From a virus (lineage: Duplodnaviria; Caudoviricetes), in the IMG/VR virus record IMGVR_UViG_3300027205_000173, positions 1 to 64,000 of that record: DNA of 64,000 bases; one strand, given 5' to 3'. Position 1 is the stretch's first letter. The number at the start of each line of letters is the position of its first letter. Below the pieces are notes generated by a model. That model did no database searches. It was given only the letters and a program-made list of their open reading frames with translations, and was not told where the DNA came from. Positions 50,701 to 56,446 of this stretch are shown here, piece after piece. A program made the position numbers and the translations under genes.

Positions 50701-52695
50701 CTGACGGTCATCCTGTTCATCAAGTTCTGCATCAATATCCGAGTCGCCCGAGCGCGAACGCATTCCCTGCTGGCGTCCCTTGCTAGGTTTTGTTTCTCTT
50801 AAATTGGGGAATGGTGGAAAGGGGCGAGTTCTTTTTTCAAATTCTTCATCAGTTTCATCAAACTTCTTACGAGGTTTGCCGGTTCCTAGATCGAATGGCA
50901 GGTCAGAACCAATAGGTTGCATTTCGCCACGTGAGCGCATGCCACCATCATTAGTGCCTGATAAACTCTGTAAGAGATTAGGGTTACCACCGATATCGTC
51001 GATGATTGAACGTAGTTTCTTTTCATCAAAAGAAACATTGCCATTACCTGAGCGACGTTGCTTTTCAATTGCTTCGGCATCTCCCTCGACGACTGCCGAA
51101 AGTTTTCTGGCAAGGTTCTTGGGTACGATAAAGCGAGGAATAATTGGTCGTTCCAAGCCTGGCTTGCCTTCAAAAACAATGCCGTCAGAGTCGGCGTCAG
51201 TAACGCCAGTAATGTCAACGAATGCCATGCCTGCAGGAGCCGCACGCAAGCCGCCCCCTAGTTTCGGACCAATTTTGCCACTAAGGGCTTTTATTCTGGT
51301 CTTGGGGGCGTCTTTGGTGTTAGGCGCCCCATCACCTTTTTTTGAACCACCGCCACCATCTAGGTAGGAGGAGATATTTTTGTGGGCTGATCTGAGTGCC
51401 TGTAGTGAATCTTCGTTGATCCCGCTAGTGATATGGACTCCGTAGTCGTCAACGTGTGCTTCTAGGCGATGGTAATTGAGTACGGGGTCTAGTAGTGACT
51501 TGACCTCGTATGCATATTGTGGCTTGCACCATACCGAATATTCCAAGGCAGTTTTTTTCTGCTGTCCACCAGCAAGATTGCGCAAATAGTCGATGGCATC
51601 TTGGATTTTCTGCAATTCGCTTTCCTTGATTGTTTCATCTTCTCCGGCGTTAGAAAGAACTTCGACTGCCTGATCAAGTTGATCATCAAATGATTTCATC
51701 ATCGAAACTGGCTGCTGGGAATCACCATAGGACTGGGTTACATATCCTGGCTTAACCATCATCGGCATCGAAGGCATTTGCGATGGAACAATCTGTTGTG
51801 AAGCCATCTTCTCTGGCTTGCCGAACATGTATCTGCCGCTTTGTGACTCGCGATGGTACCCAATTCGATAAGTCATGCGGGTTCCGTCTGGCATTGTGCG
51901 ATCAAAAACAACGCTGTTTTCGGTTGCGTTCACTACTTTGAGTGGGCTTGCTGATCGTGAAGATAATTCCATTTCAAGTGCGGCACGAGCCTCGCCGCCA
52001 AGTTGGCCAGATTCTCCTGAAGCAAAAATGTCTGTTCGTTCGTTTGCTGCTGGGAATGTTTGCGGTTTTGCTGGGGAGAGGTTAAAGCGAGGGATGTCGA
52101 TAGCCGTCGAACCAGGTCGACTTTGACGCATTCCGCCCTGCATTCCTTCTGGACCACATTTTTCGCCATTTTCGTCGCTTTTGACGGAAAGTGTGGCAGT
52201 GAGTTGGTTTGCTCCGTGGAGAACAGGGCTGACTTCGTATAATTCAACTTCACGCAGGACGTTGGCTTGCATTGTGGGATCAAACGTTGCTTGAAGTGTC
52301 TTGTAGCCGATTGACCATTCTTGTTCTTGTCCAAAGAATGCCACGCTGCCAAATCCTTCGCGTCCCTTTTCCGTTGCAAGGTTGAATTGGACGCGAGCGT
52401 ATAGTCCACCGACCCCGGCCATCTTCATCTTCATGGGGATACGTGGGTCGTTTGCTGGTACTTCGTAGATTTCTAGAACTTTACCGATAGGGTCATTCCA
52501 GTTGTGTCCCCAGACCACGCGTGGCTTACGACGCTTGAGGCTTTCCGTAAATGCACCGCTGATGATCACATCGCCTACCGAATCCTTATTACCGATGGCG
52601 GCTACAAAACATTCAACGATTCCTTGCGCTGAGTCAATATTAATTTGACCATCAAGCGCTTTGAAAAGTATGTCTGACGTCGAGAAATTGGACAT
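41719..52695 (-). CDS. 3658-aa polyprotein: N-terminal HK97-family (S78) prohead protease followed by ~24 GMRS-delimited modules, including KTSC
   Basis: DSVGDVIISGAF, VWGH (catalytic His), WSIGY (catalytic Ser), LYEVSPVLHGAN; the domain ends at SVK|S near 52180. AAGGAG SD; directly downstream of the portal gene. Confidence 0.92.
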   Translation of the reverse strand: MSNFSTSDILFKALDGQINIDSAQGIVECFVAAIGNKDSVGDVIISGAFTESLKRRKPRVVWGHNWNDPIGKVLEIYEVPANDPRIPMKMKMAGVGGLYARVQFNLATEKGREGFGSVAFFGQEQEWSIGYKTLQATFDPTMQANVLREVELYEVSPVLHGANQLTATLSVKSDENGEKCGPEGMQGGMRQSRPGSTAIDIPRFNLSPAKPQTFPAANERTDIFASGESGQLGGEARAALEMELSSRSASPLKVVNATENSVVFDRTMPDGTRMTYRIGYHRESQSGRYMFGKPEKMASQQIVPSQMPSMPMMVKPGYVTQSYGDSQQPVSMMKSFDDQLDQAVEVLSNAGEDETIKESELQKIQDAIDYLRNLAGGQQKKTALEYSVWCKPQYAYEVKSLLDPVLNYHRLEAHVDDYGVHITSGINEDSLQALRSAHKNISSYLDGGGGSKKGDGAPNTKDAPKTRIKALSGKIGPKLGGGLRAAPAGMAFVDITGVTDADSDGIVFEGKPGLERPIIPRFIVPKNLARKLSAVVEGDAEAIEKQRRSGNGNVSFDEKKLRSIIDDIGGNPNLLQSLSGTNDGGMRSRGEMQPIGSDLPFDLGTGKPRKKFDETDEEFEKRTRPFPPFPNLRETKPSKGRQQGMRSRSGDSDIDAELDEQDDRQFRENRLDAPRKKPQKSMRELREENRLKRQRDAAEYDTEAMLDEWADDQRNMEREDRGMRSRGYVGPPDSWYEPDDDPLEPIMENVGEEWSRMDSDRYYETARDWTRENVDKYKDMTDDEWDSLLDDVNESDDPIAAMEKLFKEYNNSDAFDDDIQKAAESDLENAQEEDRGWVRGFRSRSGDPEIDYQLDEQDDRQFRENRLNAPRKKPQKSMRELREENRLKRQREAENDPEYIQYMLDEQADMQRDMEREERGMRSTSQRKIYSDQVAADRARKVLEDDGVDPRDLFQGDDESTQDYLDRITPLIEKYAPEIFDGRSLDEFVSKDNISEVNKLIDNAYSNNDVIREGLDVRVFNDGMGDASESRLWMDFVDTEVDVADGPAGSFLQDSGLVDYIETEGDSDGGWSWSIDVSKASPEDKKRFVASAVSDAIMSHEGSWGRDGFVLRDKDRGMRSRRGPTYNEQFEDLDQDSDHFENLLERTVEIMIEDDELDPKDVDWSNILDNEKVMSRAEEMWNSDVQTHWENVGERQRDDVGMRSRLGDAVRKQGREIGKDLKREAKKFAREKGRELLDDAVDNIFDRNRRDRGMRSRRFREDSKPDKKLKPAYGRRGPVQALQNMSDEELIKLLQSYGETAWRPWDRNPQSSSLLLRDRPSLSSLVQELDSRGYDVYQSEGREPEYFGDYSAGDKSVYARKRGQEPSTLPNGGMSSGEEEKGTQDVIDSQLEDRRRSESKTWKATVPDDYKPSDGALETLTPAERRLLETFKPKSKAQRKQEMLDSFRNQAKRDVDSNKPYDTWDWYPTFEEWDQEYKKKLRQYRKAQRKAYAHDLEKGNVKPVEERAVQQTGWSVENLDWDNFKPKPLRFGSYDGPRDVPELLRGFRSKITDGLRNERNNSVEPKVTKEQRAFDILAQMSQRSGQKFGLSDKELQDIFDGDQRINPELMKIVRSELKRQGFTKDDVADVLSGRYAGYARNQISGPSDDGERIFESEMESIANRAFLESMDILSDGLTVDEFQDFVSSGRIPQGKESILRRANEVYDNIVKDSDKQRTMGLRSRTGRNIDAEIDTNIKKQRDLEKELDDEKIDLAEFRRRQAPLRQEFSDLRKEQGAESATRKAPELDATGRPRREMIERDEKGKVKFDSEKFLAEQNDKRRLTMSELGFTEDEINTLMGASSSGMRSRSGSHENFKNTRDAYLSKNSEGIVNKLEELTQRRNELDAKSKELMDQYYANGRDFNDEENDLFDEIENELDSVNDEIKGITDWAKYAVSEDTQRLVGRTGTTKARVAYKKMLDDGDINQEEYDALITDLIDPAFFDDEHWDSVDAISFVSNLRDNFEGSEFDDIDPDYLITEKIDDLSSDFADEKVTEALDRLKNGGMRSRSGKKNNSEKRKMNTKLTPDQVRIMQEQKLRSKKIPGKKKDGPSTNEWGFRSREDFGNSAGAAIGYISEIFSKDDKNLSSNEKYLRNHLLDNGVKIDFYRADREGSVGSDISLRDNAKANMDDKLDALVNAISKDKRASDILSNNGFLMDDRAWESAPSYKNRPNRKGPKLGDRERGVEARANIIDLAPGDVLPENWDDETSAVGEPMVRIADIRSDGQEDGYVTMVLENMSDGTTETRTFGTNDTFPNVSRPSGSRGGRQQGMRSRRSYDDESGSRGVREGVAESEHFEGFMWIDQLKGDNVDADVIPLADIYGDDRPGYGVVGVYRTDDGFGGIEYFYGGDDEEFDSVEDAMDFLQNVDDQGNEGILYGDPEFRSLDRVRAAGKPGRRPLEGMRSQTNSGSTNMEDATDEELKNLMNDWFDVTDGKVSVDDPLEKKKIRDSYFAAKQEIDRRRKENKSRKPGTNSKPTSGMRSRRSYDDEGGSGGVREGVAESKYNTGSKWIDRLNGENVDAEVIPLADIYGDDTPGYGVVGMFRTEDGVEYFYGGADDEEFDSVEDAMDFLQNIEDQGNDDVFYEDEQFRSLDRVRAAGKPGRRPLEGLRSRSGGTSANVEADRRDAAHDSRLNLMSPNYLDELSRREDVQTRLNVANNDMAYLETIKDLLEDENLEVRKAADKNIQRRFGAIANQPSSDARKPASRQRRQAARKYLIKHEERMKKAGLRSRSNREEGLEVGEKFKPGEIIRRNKDRDIEPRRFAAAAKRPPDDPDDPDDVQEIADGMRSKAGTGLGESREIYPSRRMAESSAVDFVRYDAAKEELVVQYKGGGAYVFGGISADDADSIEEAESLGKALNDVKRNATYSVKPNGDVNGVESTTVDFLERDLRRIPMSEDEKSVYGNAIELLRNGITEDSDLERVQSQVTNISNLANDMWGNDEYAASNFLSEAAEKINKKLNIARGGGGFRSRAGARHQKMEVNLSVDEIGLIRDEIRGITAKHGGNGMITYGMKKYDNLLEELQNQKKSNPGRSLTILSSEYDNVMTAYDELEKVDPSWIKMFGADPLEMASVSKEGKYTSPNVDMPGEEFDGKRINNGAPADITPRMQGQLVDWGRRQPNFRIVKGLVEAHKKNNGTMTARQWSTLRNMFDRFSEENRSGGVRSRVGSGMRSQTGSAVSTSRPGKGKGPRTAKDALPENYETLSLDEKFDALISAGKYDESTNPNGIQVGEYNAAFRRLRDAEDQQDRITARREALAERMKRSAEAGPVTRRPEVMEQDSPRRADDAETTPENRAALAKKVRQKQMSTIEKVVAKAQDSISGAIIDGDAEDEHGRLWDEVMDLVQAEDGGDDTDLTLSKLSSIIEALDDYTIGFDGEEMSPAERKSVNNATKLKNTLEELYDDIDSDPFIKRGNTSREQAGVSLGGEEDDNPTPRFMTGEGLRSRSSLVNGYIGSRKNAERQPKAGMRSRSGTEQDGRAEIRWEATEFNKVEQSLSREISEAQRSGDSKTANSLRNLTKIMDRQKSGDVGGKRTNAGALYLTQSELDDVMDALMHVVDRQTQTDGSRTNMFAQMLDKLAEAGMTTFIRKTAKPVNSRFVEKTNESGRTVKIPLNE
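44740..45765 (-). repeat. Duplicated ~130-aa module (45361-45765 and 44740-45137), each copy bounded by GMRS/GLRS
   Basis: RRSYDDE.G..GVREGVAES...VIPLADIYGDD.PGYGVVG...FRSLDRVRAAGKPGRRPLEG(M/L)RS occurs twice. Confidence 0.9.
49928..50766 (-). repeat. Duplicated ~80-aa module (50523-50766 and 49928-50178), each copy bounded by GMRS/GFRS
   Basis: RSGD..ID..LDEQDDRQFRENRL.APRKKPQKSMRELREENRLKRQR...MERE.RGMRS occurs twice. Confidence 0.9.
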
Positions 52696-52780
52696 TGGGG
52701 CTCCTTAACTATCTTGTACCATAATAGTTAAGGCGCTAATGGTTCAATGCAACTGTTAAGTATTTTTCAGTCAAATATGA

Positions 52781-52814
52781 TTTAGTTTACGGAAATTGTT
52801 TTAGTTTACGGAAA
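52781..52814. repeat. Intergenic 15-bp tandem direct repeat TTTAGTTTACGGAAA (period 19)
   Basis: Exact copies at 52781-52795 and 52800-52814, between the portal stop and the protease-polyprotein start. Confidence 0.85.
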
Positions 52815-54839
52815 CTATGGTCTGCAATAGTCCCAAGAGCGACGTGCTTCTGCCGAGGCAACCTCTGGGCGAATCTTCACCAACAAATCGGTATAGATGC
52901 TGACAATGGATGTCTTTAGGGCACTGAGTCGTTCCTCGTCGTTCTTAATTCCAAACGAATTAAAGATAGCCATATCCAAAAGTGTCCGAGTATCGTCGTT
53001 TATAGACTTAATTCTAGTCATCTGAGCATCAAGATGTGCATGGATATCCGATGCTGACGGTCCAGAATAATTTGCTGACTTTTCTGCATATATGGACTTT
53101 GAGTCCTTGACGATAGCCGAAAGTACAGGACGGATATCCTCATCCATTTGCTTGGTCCACGTATCATTATTCAAAATGCTTTCAGAATCAAGAGAACCAG
53201 AACTCAAGAATTCCCTAGACTTCTTGCCGCCAACCTTCTCTAGGACAACACGCTGTTGACGTTCGAGTACTCGTTCTAGGCTTCGATCTAAGATTTCTTC
53301 CCAGCGCACAACAGCAATGTCTCGTTCCGCGCTGTCATCTTTGTAGGCCAATGGTTGCCTATCGGACATTTGGGCCATCGCCCCTTCGGGCCCTGCGGGA
53401 ATTCCCCCACCAGGCATACCCATTCCAGGAAAACCTCCAGGAGCGTCATTCGGTGCACCAGGGACTCCGCCCTGTTCTGCCATGAGTGCTCCAGCCATCG
53501 TATCTGGGGCTGGAGCGCCACCAGCGGCATCAGGAGGCATTCCAGCAGGCATTCCAGGAGGACCGCCACCCATAGGAACCCCGCCCTGACCAGGAGGAGG
53601 AGTGGGCTTGGTTGTATTTGCGATTGGGGTCAAGTTGGGGTTCATGAGAAGGCTATCCGCCAACTCCGATTCAACCTTCTTACGACCAGTTCCTTCACGA
53701 TATTCGTTGACGCTAATAAGTCCGCGACTTTGCTCATCCAGAAGGTATCTTTCACGCTCCTGCTTGGTAATAATCAGGTATGGAACGTCGGAAGTATCAA
53801 AGTCAATATAATGTTCAGCATCGAGGTCGTCAAGTGCTCGTGCCAAAATCTCCAAGTGAGGAGACATAGTCTCATTCCAGAAAACGCTCACTTCCTCGGC
53901 AGCGTTGCTGAATGTTCTGCCAGAAGCATTACCGATGACTGACTCAGGAACGCCAAACGAAGCAAGGATTTCTTCCTTGGTGATCTGACGCATTTGAATA
54001 TAGGCAGCATCTCGCGGATTTGACGAAGTATCAACATAATCAACGCCATCATCAGCCGAAATAACAGTAGTTGACCCAACGCGACCCAAGTTGCCCCTAA
54101 AACGGTTCCTTAACTCATCTTTGTCATCTTCATCGATTTCCCCACGAAGAACCAACAAACCACCAGGACGACCATCATTAAGTAGGTAGTTGCGGTTATA
54201 GAGTTTCGCTAAGTTCTCAATTTCAATAGCAACGCCAGCGGACTCCATGGGAGTTAGTGACAAGTAAGGGTCTAGTGGATGTGGTCGACGAACCCAAATA
54301 ACATCATCGGGATTCATGATGATCTTGGTGCCAGTTGGCATTAAGACTTCATACCCAGAAACGAACTTAACAGGGTCGGGGATAGGTGCAGTTGATTGAG
54401 GAGGAAGGAGATTTAGCCCAATAATTGAGCCATCACGACCACGAACCTTCTCAATAAAAGCGCCACGAGTTCCAAGAAGAATCTGAGATGAGAGACGGTA
54501 TCTAAAAATATACGCATTTTCACCAATATTGGATTTTGTGTTCAAAATTGTCAATAATGATGATTTATCAGCAGTATCCCCACGAACAATACGGCCAATT
54601 GGCGAATTTTCTTTACGAAGGATGACAGGGAGGCGAGCCTGATTACCTGCGATGGCATCAATACAGCGTGCCACCCAGGTGACTTTCTGCATTCCCTCGC
54701 GATAAGCGCGCTCAATGTCCCAGGGGTCACGATAGGCGCGTCCAACAAAACTTGGGTTTGCTGAAACGGGTGCGCCAGGACCAATGAGCGACTTCCCGCC
54801 CTGGCCATTTAATGATTTATTAGAAATATTCCAAGCCAT
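52815..54839 (-). CDS. HK97-type portal protein with a P/G/M-rich linker and C-terminal MuF-like extension
   Basis: WVARCIDAIA, GAFIEK...LNLLPP, PLDPYLSLTPM, NDGRPGGLL, EILASFGVP...TFSNA, GLISVNEYR. Confidence 0.92.
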   Translation of the reverse strand: MAWNISNKSLNGQGGKSLIGPGAPVSANPSFVGRAYRDPWDIERAYREGMQKVTWVARCIDAIAGNQARLPVILRKENSPIGRIVRGDTADKSSLLTILNTKSNIGENAYIFRYRLSSQILLGTRGAFIEKVRGRDGSIIGLNLLPPQSTAPIPDPVKFVSGYEVLMPTGTKIIMNPDDVIWVRRPHPLDPYLSLTPMESAGVAIEIENLAKLYNRNYLLNDGRPGGLLVLRGEIDEDDKDELRNRFRGNLGRVGSTTVISADDGVDYVDTSSNPRDAAYIQMRQITKEEILASFGVPESVIGNASGRTFSNAAEEVSVFWNETMSPHLEILARALDDLDAEHYIDFDTSDVPYLIITKQERERYLLDEQSRGLISVNEYREGTGRKKVESELADSLLMNPNLTPIANTTKPTPPPGQGGVPMGGGPPGMPAGMPPDAAGGAPAPDTMAGALMAEQGGVPGAPNDAPGGFPGMGMPGGGIPAGPEGAMAQMSDRQPLAYKDDSAERDIAVVRWEEILDRSLERVLERQQRVVLEKVGGKKSREFLSSGSLDSESILNNDTWTKQMDEDIRPVLSAIVKDSKSIYAEKSANYSGPSASDIHAHLDAQMTRIKSINDDTRTLLDMAIFNSFGIKNDEERLSALKTSIVSIYTDLLVKIRPEVASAEARRSWDYCRP

Positions 54840-54842
54840 GTT

Positions 54843-55076
54843 TTACTCAAGCCCTAACAGGATGCCAAAAATTCCACAACACACTCCAGCAACAATAAGC
54901 CCGAGGGCAGGAGAATACATAAACGTACCGACACTTGTCAACAGTATGAATAATACCATCATTATATTTGCTGCTACTGTACGTGTTCTAATGCGCAATA
55001 AAAACAATCTCAAACGAGTTAATGTAATCTTGATACGAGAAGGTTCTGTCTTGTTTCGCTTTTTACGAGTTTTCAC
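54843..55076 (-). CDS. Small two-TM membrane protein upstream of the portal
   Basis: Track ORF runs to 55190. GTG 55076 avoids overlap with the terminase and has TAGATT 7 nt upstream. Basic N-terminus and two hydrophobic helices. Confidence 0.6.
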   Translation of the reverse strand: MKTRKKRNKTEPSRIKITLTRLRLFLLRIRTRTVAANIMMVLFILLTSVGTFMYSPALGLIVAGVCCGIFGILLGLE

Positions 55077-55117
55077 AAAAAACAATCTAATACATAAAAC
55101 ACTGACTGGAGTGGACA

Positions 55118-56422
55118 ATGCCCGATTGGAATAAAGTTCTTGAATATCTGGAACCAAAGATGCCACCGTTTTGCCCAGAGACGCCATCACTCACACAAAA
55201 GGTATTCCTAAGAACTTACTCATTGGAGGCCCTATTTGGCGGCGCGGCTGGCGGTGGGAAAAGTTCGGCCCTCCTCATGGCGGCGATGCAATATATCGAT
55301 GTACCAGGTTATTCGGCAATTATTTTCCGTCGTACCTATGCCGACCTTGCTCTTCCAGGAGCCATCATGGACCGTTTCATTCATTGGATGTCGACAATTG
55401 ATGACGTCAGATGGAACGCCAACAACTACACCGCCGTATTCCCTTCGGGGGCAAGAATTTCATTTGGATACTTGAATAACTCGCAGGACTTTCTTCGTTA
55501 CAAAGGTGCAGAATTCCAATTTATTGGGATGGACGAAGTTACGGAAATCCGTGAATCAGATTATCGATACATGTTCTCTCGTCTACGTCGCCCTGGTTCT
55601 GGTCCACTTTCACAAGTTCCACTCAGAATGCGATCCGCCTGCAACCCAGCACCCAACTGGGTTCGTCAACGATTTATTGTTGAAGGGATATCGGAAGGCA
55701 GAATTTTTGTTCCTTCAAAACTTTCCGATAACCCAGGAATCGATGCTGACTCATACCGCCAGGCGCTTCAGGCCCTAGACCCGCTTGAACGGCGTAGACT
55801 AGAAGAAGGTGACTGGTGGGCAACCACTCTCGGCTCAATGTTTAGTAGAGAAGCAGTTGTTATCATAGATCACTCTGATATCCCTCAAATCACGACAGCA
55901 GCAAGAGCCGTTAGATTTTGGGACTTAGCAGCGACAGAGCCAAGTTATACAAACCCTGATCCTGACTGGACCGTAGGTACGTTAATGCTTTTTGATGGTG
56001 GTATAGCCTATGTGTTGGACATCAAGAAGGCCAGAGTTAAGGGTGAAAAGGTAGAACAACTCATTGCTCAAACCGCATACGAAGACGGACATACGGTCGC
56101 CATCAGGATGGAACAAGAACCGGGATCGTCTGGAAAGGCCTTGGTTGATCAGTATGCGAGAAATATTTTGCAGGGGTTTGACTTTGGCGGCATACGTTCA
56201 ACCGGAGACAAGATAACGCGAGCCAGGCCATTCGCTGCTGCTGTTGCTAACGGCAACGTTCGATGCCTCAGGGGGCCGTGGCTCACAGACTGGCTGGATG
56301 AAATGTCTTCATTCCCTGAAGCGTGTAACCACGATGACCAAGTTGACTCCGCCGTTAGTGCATTTACATATTTGTCAGGATTGGGCTTGCCTCAACGCAA
56401 AAAAATTGGTATTATCATCTGA
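55118..56422 (+). CDS. terL: Terminase large subunit
   Basis: Walker A GGAAGGGKS, Walker B FIGMDE, coupling motif SACNP, RNase H-like FWDLAA, EQEPG and HDDQVDS. Confidence 0.93.
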   Translation: MPDWNKVLEYLEPKMPPFCPETPSLTQKVFLRTYSLEALFGGAAGGGKSSALLMAAMQYIDVPGYSAIIFRRTYADLALPGAIMDRFIHWMSTIDDVRWNANNYTAVFPSGARISFGYLNNSQDFLRYKGAEFQFIGMDEVTEIRESDYRYMFSRLRRPGSGPLSQVPLRMRSACNPAPNWVRQRFIVEGISEGRIFVPSKLSDNPGIDADSYRQALQALDPLERRRLEEGDWWATTLGSMFSREAVVIIDHSDIPQITTAARAVRFWDLAATEPSYTNPDPDWTVGTLMLFDGGIAYVLDIKKARVKGEKVEQLIAQTAYEDGHTVAIRMEQEPGSSGKALVDQYARNILQGFDFGGIRSTGDKITRARPFAAAVANGNVRCLRGPWLTDWLDEMSSFPEACNHDDQVDSAVSAFTYLSGLGLPQRKKIGIII

Positions 56423-56446
56423 AATCACTACGACAAAAGGACGCCA

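Noticed and set aside
19940-50945. Recurring acgtgaacgcat DNA repeat as a CRISPR array or integron attC-like site
   Set aside because: The copies are short, irregularly spaced, always in one reading frame and vary at synonymous positions. They have no palindromic structure, and no integrase or cas operon is present.
18119-52695. The Met of GMRS as an internal translation start for each module
   Set aside because: Equivalent positions carry Phe (TTC), Leu or Val codons, there is no consistently spaced SD, and no stop codons separate the modules.
10873-52695. Giant ORFs as tape measure proteins, tail fibres or intein-containing proteins
   Set aside because: There is no tape-measure periodicity or fibre repeat, and I saw no intein splice motifs or LAGLIDADG blocks. 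The domain content and position between protease and capsid indicate head cargo.
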